From IMG/VR virus record IMGVR_UViG_3300024259_002152, positions 62,001-126,000 of that record: a stretch of 64,000 nucleotides of DNA; one strand, given 5' to 3'. A program made the position numbers and the translations under genes. This document shows, one piece after another, positions 31,503 to 40,702 of this stretch; within the stretch, counting starts at the first letter, position 1, and the number at the start of each line of letters is the position of its first letter. The notes below the pieces were generated by a model. That model made no database searches and was not told the DNA's origin. It worked only from the letters and a program-made list of their open reading frames with translations.

Positions 31503-32594
31503 ATGAAACTAGGAATATTTTGTAATTTTTCATATAAGCATGTTGGTGGCTCTGAAAATGTTATTAAGAACATATCGGACAGATTAGTCAACGATTTTGA
31601 TTATGAGGTAAATGTTTATAGTTTCAGCGTTAATGCTCCTTTTTACGAGAATAAGGTTAGATATTTTCCTTGTAAAAAGGGAGATGGACTGTTTGCTCAG
31701 ATTGCTCAAAACGACCATATCTTTATTTATAGTGATTCTTTTTGGCAGCTCGATACATTACTCCAAAATATCGATAAAATCGATTGTAGGGCATCCTTGG
31801 CACTCGTAGGTGCTTACCATTTACAATCTCATCCTGAATCTTTTAGATTATTAAAAGAGAATATAGAGAAATTTAATCTTATTACCCATTCTGAGACAAC
31901 TCCTGACTATAAGTGGTGTATTGACAATAACTTACCTGTTAAAGTGGTGCCCAACGGGGTTGATTTGTCTGAATTTTGGGAAAATAGAGTAAATTTTCGT
32001 GAAAAGTATAAAATAAAAGAAAAATATATTATTCTTAGCGTTTTTTCATATTTTTTTGGCAAAGGGTTTGAAATTCTTCCCAAAATAGCTGAAAAACTAT
32101 CAGAGCATTTAGATGATTTTTTAATTCTACAATGCTCAAACACCTCCCAGTACCCCTATGATAAACCATTTTTTGAGAGGACAAAAAAACAAAGTAGAGG
32201 ACTACCTATAAGGTTTTTAAGGGATATTCCTAGGGAAGATATTGTTTCGGCTTTTAATTGTTCTGATGTGTTTTTATCGCCAAGTAAGAAAGAAGTTGCT
32301 CCTATTGTTATTCTAGAATGTAGAGCGGCGAAATTGCCTTATGTTTCTTTTGCTGTGGGGAATGTTGGAGAACAAGGAGGAATTCCTTTGATAGTCCAAC
32401 AAAAGGATAATAAGGGTTATGCTATAGTTGAGAAGAGAGATATTGATCATTTTTCTGCTGCTATACTTCAACTATTGACCTGTAAAGATGAGAGATATAA
32501 AAATATAGTAATAGAAAAAGGACAACACTTTATAAACAACATTGATTGGGACAATATAGTTCTTTTGTATGATAGAGAATTTAGACATGAATAA
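31503..32594 (+). CDS. Glycosyltransferase family 4 (GT-B)
   Basis: GGSENV, VVPNGVDL, SDVFLSPSKKEVAPIVILECRAAKLPYV. Confidence 0.9.
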   Translation: MKLGIFCNFSYKHVGGSENVIKNISDRLVNDFDYEVNVYSFSVNAPFYENKVRYFPCKKGDGLFAQIAQNDHIFIYSDSFWQLDTLLQNIDKIDCRASLALVGAYHLQSHPESFRLLKENIEKFNLITHSETTPDYKWCIDNNLPVKVVPNGVDLSEFWENRVNFREKYKIKEKYIILSVFSYFFGKGFEILPKIAEKLSEHLDDFLILQCSNTSQYPYDKPFFERTKKQSRGLPIRFLRDIPREDIVSAFNCSDVFLSPSKKEVAPIVILECRAAKLPYVSFAVGNVGEQGGIPLIVQQKDNKGYAIVEKRDIDHFSAAILQLLTCKDERYKNIVIEKGQHFINNIDWDNIVLLYDREFRHE

Positions 32595-32901
32595 ATTAAT
32601 AGGAACTACTGTATTTTATTGGCATGATGCTAAAAAGGAAATGCCAAAGTATGATAGGCCAGTTCTCTTAAAAAGAGAGCCACGTGATAAAGGCAATCCA
32701 ACAAGAGAGAATTTTATTAGTGCATGTCGGAAAATAGATTGGTCCGACGGGCAGGATTATTGGGATTATGTTGGGAAGGTATTTGAAGAATATGAGTTTA
32801 ATGTTGTTGGTTGGGCATATCTGGCAGAAATGGTATCTAATGATATATCAGAGAATAAGACAAGTGAAATAAATGATAGATTTGAGATATTAGATTTATA
32901 G
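32569..32901 (+). CDS. DUF551-like small phage protein with C-terminal RFEILDL tag (start probably ATG 32587)
   Basis: WHDAKKEMP...VVGWAYL pattern; ends INDRFEILDL*. Confidence 0.65.
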   Translation: MIENLDMNKLIGTTVFYWHDAKKEMPKYDRPVLLKREPRDKGNPTRENFISACRKIDWSDGQDYWDYVGKVFEEYEFNVVGWAYLAEMVSNDISENKTSEINDRFEILDL

Positions 32902-32914
32902 AAAAGGAGAAAAA

Positions 32915-33103
32915 ATGAGCAAAACATGTAAAGAATGTAAAGGTAAGGGAAAGATAAAAAAGAAAGAATGTGATACCTGTCATGGGTTTGGATGGGTAGA
33001 ATGTCGCTGTGGGTCATATTGTTGTAAAGAGTGTAATCCAGCCAGTAATGAGGAATCAACTATGTTATTTCCTGGTTGTTCGTTCGGAAAGTGTAACGAT
33101 TAG
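32915..33103 (+). CDS. Small Cys-rich (DnaJ-type CxxCxGxG) zinc-finger protein
   Basis: CKECKGKG, CDTCHGFG, additional Cys; AGGAG RBS upstream. Confidence 0.65.
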   Translation: MSKTCKECKGKGKIKKKECDTCHGFGWVECRCGSYCCKECNPASNEESTMLFPGCSFGKCND

Positions 33104-33106
33104 ATT

Positions 33107-33820
33107 ATGAGCACTCCATTAGTTAGTGTAATTACGACAGCATATAATTGTGAAAAATATATAAAAGAGTCTATAAATTCTATTATTAATCAGACTTTTA
33201 GAGACTTTGAGATTGTCGTTTATAACGATGCTTCTACGGATAAAACGTGGGACATTGTTTTTCATATGGATTTATTTTGTGATCATAATATTTTTAGAGG
33301 AGATAAAAATGTGGGTTGTGGAGAAGGGAGAAATAGGGCGATAAAACAAGCAAGAGGGAAATATATAGCGATACAGGATGCTGATGATATAAGTCTTCCA
33401 GAGAGATTGGAGAAAGAAGTCAATTTTTTAGAAGAGAATGATGATATATTTTGTGTGGGAGCATGGGCCATAAAGATAAAAGAAGATGGTAGTTTTATCG
33501 AATCTATGACATATCCTCGTTCTGCACATGAAAAAATATATGAAGATATAATAGTTAAAAAAAATAATCCTATTATTGATCCTTCTTGTATGTATAGGAG
33601 GGGATTGTTTAATGAATTAGGGGGTTATGATGGTCGATGGAAACTAGTTCCTGATTTTAATCTGTGGGCTAGAGCGGCTAAAGCAGGTTTTAAATTTTTC
33701 AATTTTCAGGAAGCATTGGTGTATTATCGTCAACATCCTAATAGTGTGACAAATAAGAGTGAAATGGCTGTCGTTAGAGAGCATTACAGGATGTGTAAAG
33801 AGGTTTTAGGGAATAAATAA
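33107..33820 (+). CDS. Glycosyltransferase family 2
   Basis: PLVSVITTAYN, YNDASTD, ARGKYIAIQDADD, DFNLWAR. Confidence 0.92.
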   Translation: MSTPLVSVITTAYNCEKYIKESINSIINQTFRDFEIVVYNDASTDKTWDIVFHMDLFCDHNIFRGDKNVGCGEGRNRAIKQARGKYIAIQDADDISLPERLEKEVNFLEENDDIFCVGAWAIKIKEDGSFIESMTYPRSAHEKIYEDIIVKKNNPIIDPSCMYRRGLFNELGGYDGRWKLVPDFNLWARAAKAGFKFFNFQEALVYYRQHPNSVTNKSEMAVVREHYRMCKEVLGNK

Positions 33821-33876
33821 AGGTTTTTGATAAGATGTATTGGAATAATATAAATGGGATACTTTGATACGGAGAT

Positions 33877-34350
33877 ATGAATATGCAAGAGATACCCAAC
33901 TGGATTGTCAAAGTAGTCGAGACGGAAAAATTAGAATGTCGAAACTGTAAAATGGTATTTAGTGTTGATAATCTGATGTCAATTAGTGTTCAAGAAAGCA
34001 GTAAATCTCCTCATAAAGATACTTTATGTATAGGTTTATATTGTCATGACTGTAAAGAATTGATGATTTTTGAATTAAAAGAAATGAGTTTGATTGATTT
34101 TGCATTTGAGATACTAGACCAAGAGACATCTAATAAGATTCAGAAGAAATCCAAAGATGATTCTCCAGCATTGGCAAATAAATCAGGAAAAAAGAGAATC
34201 AAAAGAATAAATTCTAAAAGCAAAATAACACGTAAAGAGGTAGATGATATAAAGAAGTTTTTAGGTGATAAGAATTTATCTCATGAAGAATTTTTAATAG
34301 CTTTAGGGATGTTGCCAGAAGATATTAAGAAATATAATTATAAAAAATAG
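33877..34350 (+). CDS. Hypothetical protein with zinc ribbon
   Basis: CRNC...CHDC; Lys-rich C-terminus. Confidence 0.6.
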   Translation: MNMQEIPNWIVKVVETEKLECRNCKMVFSVDNLMSISVQESSKSPHKDTLCIGLYCHDCKELMIFELKEMSLIDFAFEILDQETSNKIQKKSKDDSPALANKSGKKRIKRINSKSKITRKEVDDIKKFLGDKNLSHEEFLIALGMLPEDIKKYNYKK

Positions 34351-34358
34351 AGAATAAC

Positions 34359-35414
34359 ATGAGTAAAATAAGTGATTTCAAAATAGCCGAATCTATTCTT
34401 AGGAAGATATGTAGAAAGTATAATGTTAATTTTATAGATGTTCCAATCTCTTTTGAAGAACAGGTATCAGGATCTTTGTTTATCGGAGAAACAAGAAACG
34501 TAGCTCATACAACATTTAAGATTGTAGCGGAGTATATGGAGAATTCGTTAGATATTTTAGATATTCAGCTAATGCCAGATAGAGATGATTTTCTTATTGT
34601 TTTAGCCTCTAATCTGAGAACTTTTATGTATGGGGATGATCCTGATTGCGATTTTGTAGATGAGGCTCATGTTTTGAGATTGTATCAATTCCCTATGGTT
34701 TGGATTTTATTAAAAGACATTATTTGTCCTTTACATAATAAAGAGCTGATCAATTTTAAAATTATTTGTGATGGTAATCCAGAACTAGATATTGCTAAAT
34801 ATTATAAGAAAGAAGATTTACCATCGAAAGAGATATCAGATGAGTCATTTATTTTTGTGAATATAATTAATAATAGGGTTGTTCAGAATGCTTTTATTTT
34901 CATAGAGGTATTAAAAGCGTATGGACTATCTCCGATAGAGGTTGTTAAAAATATATATGAAACAGATGTGTATGATAAATATAAGGGTTTGCTTGAGATT
35001 GCTTTAGAGGAAGAAGAGGTATCTGATTTCGAGTGTGCAATTATGGCTAATTTGGGTATTAATTTTTATGCTTTAATTTCTAATAAAATGGCACGCATCA
35101 ACTCTAATTCCATTAAGACTGCTCAAAATTCGGTTCCAGGATTGCCGAATCAATTTTGGCAGTTAGGGGTATTAGAGCAAATGATTGAGCCTGCACGTGG
35201 TGACGATTGGACGGTTTATAATAATTTAGAGCCATATGTTAAGGATTTCTGGGACAAAGTGGAAGACGTGAGGAAGAAAAGGGTCGCAAATGGTCATGAT
35301 GATGGTGTGCCATTTAATGTCCTTTTACGTCTAAAGCAAAAGCAGACCGTAGGTTATAAAACAGATCCAACATTAACTATTCAGTCTTTATTGTCATCTG
35401 ATAGGGTCTGGTAA
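34359..35414 (+). CDS. Hypothetical protein
   Basis: 351 aa ORF in operon; no motif recognised. Confidence 0.6.
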   Translation: MSKISDFKIAESILRKICRKYNVNFIDVPISFEEQVSGSLFIGETRNVAHTTFKIVAEYMENSLDILDIQLMPDRDDFLIVLASNLRTFMYGDDPDCDFVDEAHVLRLYQFPMVWILLKDIICPLHNKELINFKIICDGNPELDIAKYYKKEDLPSKEISDESFIFVNIINNRVVQNAFIFIEVLKAYGLSPIEVVKNIYETDVYDKYKGLLEIALEEEEVSDFECAIMANLGINFYALISNKMARINSNSIKTAQNSVPGLPNQFWQLGVLEQMIEPARGDDWTVYNNLEPYVKDFWDKVEDVRKKRVANGHDDGVPFNVLLRLKQKQTVGYKTDPTLTIQSLLSSDRVW

Positions 35415-35420
35415 ATACCC

Positions 35421-35449
35421 TTGAAAAGTGAAAGTAATAGAAATATTAT
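35421..35449 (+). promoter_or_regulatory. Putative promoter (copy 3)
   Basis: TTGAAAAGTGAAA at 35421, 17-nt spacer, TATTAT at 35444-49; ATG at 35456. Confidence 0.65.
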
Positions 35450-35487
35450 TGTAGAATGTTTGGTTGTTAATTATCGAGGTAGATAAA

Positions 35488-35808
35488 ATGAATAGCGATG
35501 AATATGTTGTTTTTTTGACGAGTGTTTTAATTAAAATAGAAAATGCTATTAATTTATTAGAGCATAAACCTGCTAAACATATACCGGCATATCATAAAAT
35601 GCTAGGAGTTCAGCAAAAATTAGCAGGTTTGGACTGCGATTATAGAAGTAAATTATTTTCACAGTTAATAGTAACGAGAGGGATAATTAGTTATTTGACT
35701 AATGGTCAGTATGAAAATGCTCTTGTTCAAATAATGAATTTAAAGGGAGATTTAATAAACATTTGTTTAGAAATAAAGAATGAAAAAGATACAGTCAAAA
35801 AAGTTTAA
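35488..35808 (+). CDS. Hypothetical protein (ORF track start 35464; ATG 35488 has GAGGT RBS)
   Basis: Helical ORF; RBS GAGGT upstream of ATG 35488. Confidence 0.6.
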   Translation: MNSDEYVVFLTSVLIKIENAINLLEHKPAKHIPAYHKMLGVQQKLAGLDCDYRSKLFSQLIVTRGIISYLTNGQYENALVQIMNLKGDLINICLEIKNEKDTVKKV

Positions 35809-35950
35809 AAAATTACAAGCAGATTTAATAGAGCATCCTCCAATTAGTGAAGAAGATGATAATAATCTGATTAAAGATAAAAAAAAGAAAAAGATTTATC
35901 AATTAAATTATTTTGTTGATGATATTGATATTAATGATGTCGTAGAGTAG
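35780..35950 (+). CDS. Small 56-aa ORF missed by the track (MKKIQSKKFKKLQADLIEHPPISEEDDNNLIKDKKKKKIYQLNYFVDDIDINDVVE)
   Basis: Translated by hand; fills the gap between 35808 and the helicase start. Confidence 0.55.
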   Translation: MKKIQSKKFKKLQADLIEHPPISEEDDNNLIKDKKKKKIYQLNYFVDDIDINDVVE

Positions 35951-35969
35951 GAGAGTAGGAGTTTGCAAT

Positions 35970-37514
35970 TTGAGTACTAATCAGTTAATCCTACGCGTTG
36001 ATCATAATTCAACGTATGTAGCAGGTAGGATGAGCAGTGAAATATATGATAAATTTAAGAGAGAATTAGGTTATCTTCCAGAAAATTCTTTTTGGATGAT
36101 TAAGAATAGTTCTGAAAACGCTAAAGAACACGAGAAGTGGAAAAAAGAGTGGGACGGCAATATTTCTGCTGTTTGTTGGAATAAACAATTCTGCCATTGT
36201 CATATAAAAAAAAGCGGCTTACATTTTCAATCGGGATTACTATCTAAGGCGGTAGATTTTTTTAGGGCCAATGGAGTGTCCTTTAGAAGAATAGATATTA
36301 GGAGTAAAACTGAAAAAACAAATAGATATTCTATGTCTAGTGAATTTGAATCGAGGGATTATCAGCAGGATCTTATTGATAAAATAATAGGAACGCAGCA
36401 AATCCAAGGTATAGATAGAGGTATTATTAAGGCAGCAACAGGGTCTGGGAAAACTGGTATTGCTTGTGGTGTTATAGCAGGGGTAGGAGTGGCTCCTGCT
36501 GTATTTTATGTGCCTAGTATTGATCTCTTAAGACAGGCTAAGGATGAGCTAGAAAGATTTATAAGGCAAAATAATCTAGGTATAGAAGTTGGGATAATTG
36601 GTGGGGGCAGTAAGGATATAAAAGACATTAATGTTATGACCATACAAACAGCAGTTAGAGCATTGGGTGGAGTATGGGTGAAATTTGATGATGAAGATGA
36701 TACCAAAGATGATACGGACATTGATGATGTTAAAGAAAATGTTAGGGATTTAATTAGAAATTCAAAACTAATGATATGCGACGAAGTGCAACATTGGGCG
36801 GCTGAGACCTGCCAGATAATATCTGATGCTTCTTCTTCTTGTCAGTATAGGTATGGTTTATCGGCAACACCTTATAGAGATCAAGGAGATGATATATTAA
36901 TTCATGGATGCTTTGGAAAAACTATTCAGGATATTAGCGCTTCTTTTTTAATTAAGAAGGGATATCTTATTAAGCCTACAATCTATTTTATAAAAATTAG
37001 TAATATGAGAGGACTAAGGACTGCAACATATGCTAATGTTTATAAGCAAGCTATTATAGAAAATTCATATAGAAATAATAAAATAGTAGAAATGGCTAAT
37101 CGTTGTTTAGCGGGAGGTAGAAAAGTTCTTATTCTTGTGAAGCAAATAAAGCATGGAAAGATGTTGGAAAAATTAATGCCAGGAAGTGCTTTTATATATG
37201 GAGGCACAGCTAAAAAGAAAAGAAAATCTCATCTGGACCATATGAGGAAAGGAGATCCTCAGATTACTATTGCTAGTGTAATTTTCGATGAGGGTATTGA
37301 TGTTAGGCCTTTAGATACTTTGATTTTAGCAGGAGCGGGTAAATCTCCTACTAGAGCTTTGCAAAGAATAGGGAGAATCTTAAGACCTTATGAGGGTAAG
37401 AAAGATGCGATAGCTATTGATTTTATGGACAATTGTAAATACATGCAAAGTCATAGCAAAAAGAGGTTAAATATCTATAAAACAGAAGAAGAGTTTGAGA
37501 TTATAGGAGATTAG
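35970..37514 (+). CDS. Superfamily 2 DNA helicase (UvsW/XPB-like)
   Basis: AATGSGKT, ICDEVQH, GLSATPYR, FDEGIDV, QRIGRILR; TTG start after AGGAG. Confidence 0.92.
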   Translation: MSTNQLILRVDHNSTYVAGRMSSEIYDKFKRELGYLPENSFWMIKNSSENAKEHEKWKKEWDGNISAVCWNKQFCHCHIKKSGLHFQSGLLSKAVDFFRANGVSFRRIDIRSKTEKTNRYSMSSEFESRDYQQDLIDKIIGTQQIQGIDRGIIKAATGSGKTGIACGVIAGVGVAPAVFYVPSIDLLRQAKDELERFIRQNNLGIEVGIIGGGSKDIKDINVMTIQTAVRALGGVWVKFDDEDDTKDDTDIDDVKENVRDLIRNSKLMICDEVQHWAAETCQIISDASSSCQYRYGLSATPYRDQGDDILIHGCFGKTIQDISASFLIKKGYLIKPTIYFIKISNMRGLRTATYANVYKQAIIENSYRNNKIVEMANRCLAGGRKVLILVKQIKHGKMLEKLMPGSAFIYGGTAKKKRKSHLDHMRKGDPQITIASVIFDEGIDVRPLDTLILAGAGKSPTRALQRIGRILRPYEGKKDAIAIDFMDNCKYMQSHSKKRLNIYKTEEEFEIIGD

Positions 37515-37518
37515 GACA

Positions 37519-38472
37519 TTGATGATGGCACAAAAAGATGCTAAAGATATTCTCAGAGATATAAAGGCAGATATAGAAGGGGTAGACCCTAAAGACATAC
37601 AGTTTCAAGACTTACGTAAAAGAAGAAATAAAAAAAAGAAAGTAGAAAAATCTAATGAAAGTGAAAGTGGAAGTGGTATAATTGGAAACACTGAAGGTTT
37701 CTCACTTTTGGAAGTAGAGACTAAATGTTGCGATTATAGAGATATAAGTAAGAAAGGAAAGTTGAGAGAAAAGGGTAGTCTTGAGGAGTGGGGACCTTTT
37801 GATTTTTTTAAATTTGCTCATAAATTATATGTTAATCGATATCAGATAGAGTGGGATTTAAATATGGGGGGAAGTAGTCTTGAGATTAACCGGATTAAAG
37901 ATAAGTTTGTTGATGTTTTCGGTTATTGTTGTAATTTAATGATATATGATTATATTGTTTATTTTTTCGAATATCATATTGATTATTTTAAGAATAAAGA
38001 TGGTTTTTATTTTAGCCAAATGAAAACAGATTGGATAATTCTAACATTTCAAGAGACATATGATTTTAGAGAGCGTTTCGTTAATTATATGACGCAGAAA
38101 AAACAAAAGAATAAGAAATATCAATTAACACATGATGAAATTCAAAAATCTTATGATATGGGCGATACAACTTTAATTGGGAATTATGGAATTGTTATCG
38201 CTTTAAACTGGCTTTTGAAGATAAAGAAGATTAACAAAAAAGATGCGATAAAGGTTGTCGTTGATGCATGTAAAGATATGTATAAAAAGCATTTGATAGA
38301 TGTTGTCCAAAGCGCAACGGAGATATATTCTCCATATCCTGTTAATCTAATATTCAAAAGTCCTCAACTTGTTCTAAATAAAATAGATAAAAATATTAAA
38401 CTTAAAGTAGAGTTTAATGATAATAATCAAATGGAATTTTTACAAAAGGGAGATAATACGAAAGGTGCTTAA
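37519..38472 (+). CDS. Hypothetical protein
   Basis: 317 aa; basic N-terminus; TAATG-coupled to infC. Confidence 0.6.
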   Translation: MMMAQKDAKDILRDIKADIEGVDPKDIQFQDLRKRRNKKKKVEKSNESESGSGIIGNTEGFSLLEVETKCCDYRDISKKGKLREKGSLEEWGPFDFFKFAHKLYVNRYQIEWDLNMGGSSLEINRIKDKFVDVFGYCCNLMIYDYIVYFFEYHIDYFKNKDGFYFSQMKTDWIILTFQETYDFRERFVNYMTQKKQKNKKYQLTHDEIQKSYDMGDTTLIGNYGIVIALNWLLKIKKINKKDAIKVVVDACKDMYKKHLIDVVQSATEIYSPYPVNLIFKSPQLVLNKIDKNIKLKVEFNDNNQMEFLQKGDNTKGA

Positions 38473-38981
38473 TGGAACGAACATATAATGTTAACGGCCA
38501 GATCGAAGCAGATATAGTTAATTTGGTTTTGACTGATGGACAAGTTAAGAAGGCTATTAGTTTATCTGATGCACTAGACATTGCTGAAGATGAAGGGTTA
38601 GATGTTGTAGAAGTATCTTCAAATGGGGAAAATGGTATTCCTGTTTGTAAGATGATAGATTATGGCAAAATGATGTATCAACAAAGAAAAAAGAAAAAGA
38701 ATCAAAAGCAAATACAGCATGTTAAAGAGATTAAATATAATTTAAATATTGGTTCTCATGATCTTGGCATTAGACATACAAAGATATTAAAGTTTTTATC
38801 AAAAAAATATACTGTTAAATATACTTTGGAACTTAATGGCAGAGAAAGGAATATGATTGATAGTGCTGTAGTTACAATTAATAAAAATTTGGAAGAATTT
38901 AGAGATGTGGCGACATGGAAACCTCCAAAAGTTTCAACAGGTAGAAGAGTAACGATATCTACCACTCTTGTCCCAGTATAG
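38472..38981 (+). CDS. infC: Translation initiation factor IF-3 homolog
   Basis: VNGQI...ALDIAEDEGLDVVEVS...PVCKMIDYGKMMYQQRKK...VKEIK...HDL...KFL...GRE. Confidence 0.9.
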   Translation: MERTYNVNGQIEADIVNLVLTDGQVKKAISLSDALDIAEDEGLDVVEVSSNGENGIPVCKMIDYGKMMYQQRKKKKNQKQIQHVKEIKYNLNIGSHDLGIRHTKILKFLSKKYTVKYTLELNGRERNMIDSAVVTINKNLEEFRDVATWKPPKVSTGRRVTISTTLVPV

Positions 38982-38983
38982 TG

Positions 38984-39012
38984 TTGAAAAGTGAAAAGTA
39001 AGTTGTTAATTT
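38984..39012 (+). promoter_or_regulatory. Putative promoter (copy 4)
   Basis: TTGAAAAGTGAAA at 38984; -10 position TAATTT at 39007-12. Confidence 0.6.
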
Positions 39013-39043
39013 AGTAGTAGTGTTTTTAGAAAAGGATTAATAG

Positions 39044-40702
39044 ATGAAACCGATTAGTAAAAAAGTGAGCGAAGCGACATTAGACGAGATGTGTACGAAA
39101 AAATTTAAGGATGATTTTACAAATATTTTACGTTGTCGTTATCCTTTATTTTATATCACTCACAATGAGGAAAAAAGATTAACACAATTTTTGACTCACT
39201 TTTGTAAGGTCAAAGGTTATGAATGCTTTTTATGGGATAGCTATAATGGGCTTGTAAATTTGTTTAGTGGAGAAGAGGTGGCAGGTACTACTGAGGATCT
39301 GAAAAATAATCCTCTGGCTATTCTCGATCATGTTATTGGGGAAGGTAGAACTTTTGAGAAAAAGAAAACAAGTGTTCTAGAGAAGAAGGAGAAGGGTTGT
39401 AATGGGATAATTTATGTCCTGTTGGACTTTTTTAATTTTATCCAAGCAAATCCAGATATTGAAAGACGTTTTGTAGCATTGTCTAATTTGAATTCTATTG
39501 TTAGTACTGTTTGTACAGGTCCGTATTATCAGTCCACCGATGTGATTCAAAACATTTTACCGATGATTGAGTTTCCTTTTGCTAACAAAAAAGAAATTCG
39601 TCATGCTTTATATGATGTGGTTCATGGTGCTGAAAGAAAGATTCCTACTATTGCTAAAGAGACTAAGGCAATGGAAGAAGAACTGATTAGTGCTGTTTCT
39701 GGTTTGACTCTTATGGAGGCACAAACGGCATTTAGTAAATCTCTTGTGTCGCGCCATACTTGGGACACAGATCTCATTTTAGAGGAAAAGAAACAGATTA
39801 TCAGTAAAAGTGGCATGTTGGAGTATTTTGATAAAACTGTTTCGATGGAAGATATCGGAGGATTAAAGAATTTAACCACATGGATAAAAGAGAGAAAAAA
39901 ATGTTTTTCACAAGAGGCAGAAGATTATGGGATAAAGAAGCCTAGGGGTCTGTTGACTATTGGTATGCCTGGGTGCGGGAAGTCTTTAGTATGTAAAGCC
40001 ATTAGTAGTGTATGGAAAATGCCTTTATTAAGGTTGGACTTTGGTAAGCTTTTTGGGAATCTTGTTGGTGATTCTGAGAAGAATGCTCGGGAAGCCATTA
40101 AACAGGCCGAAGCAATTGCTCCCTCGATTTTGTGGATAGATGAAATTGAGAAAGCTATTTCTGGAGTTAATTCTAGTGGTCGCTCAGATGGAGGAACTAC
40201 AAGTCGAGTGTTGTCCACTTTCCTAACATGGATGCAGGAAAAAACCTCTCCTGTATTTGTGGTTGCTACTGCTAATAATCATGATGCGATACCTCCTGAA
40301 TTTTTGAGAGCAGGTCGTTTTGACGAGATCTTTTTTGTTGATTTGCCGAATATAGATGAGAGAGAAGAGATTTTTAATGTTCTTCTCAGACTTAGGGAAA
40401 TTAACACCAAAAAGATTAACATACCTTTATTGGCAGAAAAAAGTTCTGGGTATAGTGGTGCCGAGATTGAAAAAGGGATCGATAATGCTATGCTAGTCGG
40501 CTTTAGCGATTCAGCTAGGCCAATTGATAGTGACGACATTGTTACTGCTCTTGGTCAATTTAAATCTTTGTTTGAAATGAGACAAGCAGATTTTGAAGAG
40601 CTTAGAGAATGGGCAACAAATAAATGTCGTATGGCAAACGATGAACCTAAGAGAATCGTTAATCTAGGACAAGATAATTCTGCTAAAGATTTGGATTTAT
40701 GA
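39044..40702 (+). CDS. Ycf46-like AAA+ ATPase (degenerate N-terminal AAA domain plus intact C-terminal AAA domain)
   Basis: GMPGCGKS, ILWIDEIEK, ATANN...PPEFLRAGRFDEIFFVDLP; ends KDLDL*. Confidence 0.88.
   Translation: MKPISKKVSEATLDEMCTKKFKDDFTNILRCRYPLFYITHNEEKRLTQFLTHFCKVKGYECFLWDSYNGLVNLFSGEEVAGTTEDLKNNPLAILDHVIGEGRTFEKKKTSVLEKKEKGCNGIIYVLLDFFNFIQANPDIERRFVALSNLNSIVSTVCTGPYYQSTDVIQNILPMIEFPFANKKEIRHALYDVVHGAERKIPTIAKETKAMEEELISAVSGLTLMEAQTAFSKSLVSRHTWDTDLILEEKKQIISKSGMLEYFDKTVSMEDIGGLKNLTTWIKERKKCFSQEAEDYGIKKPRGLLTIGMPGCGKSLVCKAISSVWKMPLLRLDFGKLFGNLVGDSEKNAREAIKQAEAIAPSILWIDEIEKAISGVNSSGRSDGGTTSRVLSTFLTWMQEKTSPVFVVATANNHDAIPPEFLRAGRFDEIFFVDLPNIDEREEIFNVLLRLREINTKKINIPLLAEKSSGYSGAEIEKGIDNAMLVGFSDSARPIDSDDIVTALGQFKSLFEMRQADFEELREWATNKCRMANDEPKRIVNLGQDNSAKDLDL

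Noticed and set aside
35095-35125. SIKTAQ in ORF 34359 as a K-x-A-Q maturation-protease site
   Set aside because: Single occurrence, with no capsid or protease genes in the window to support it.
37480-37514. Helicase C-terminus EEFEIIGD as another tag copy
   Set aside because: Lacks the invariant Arg and the terminal L-D-[L/I]; probably coincidental.
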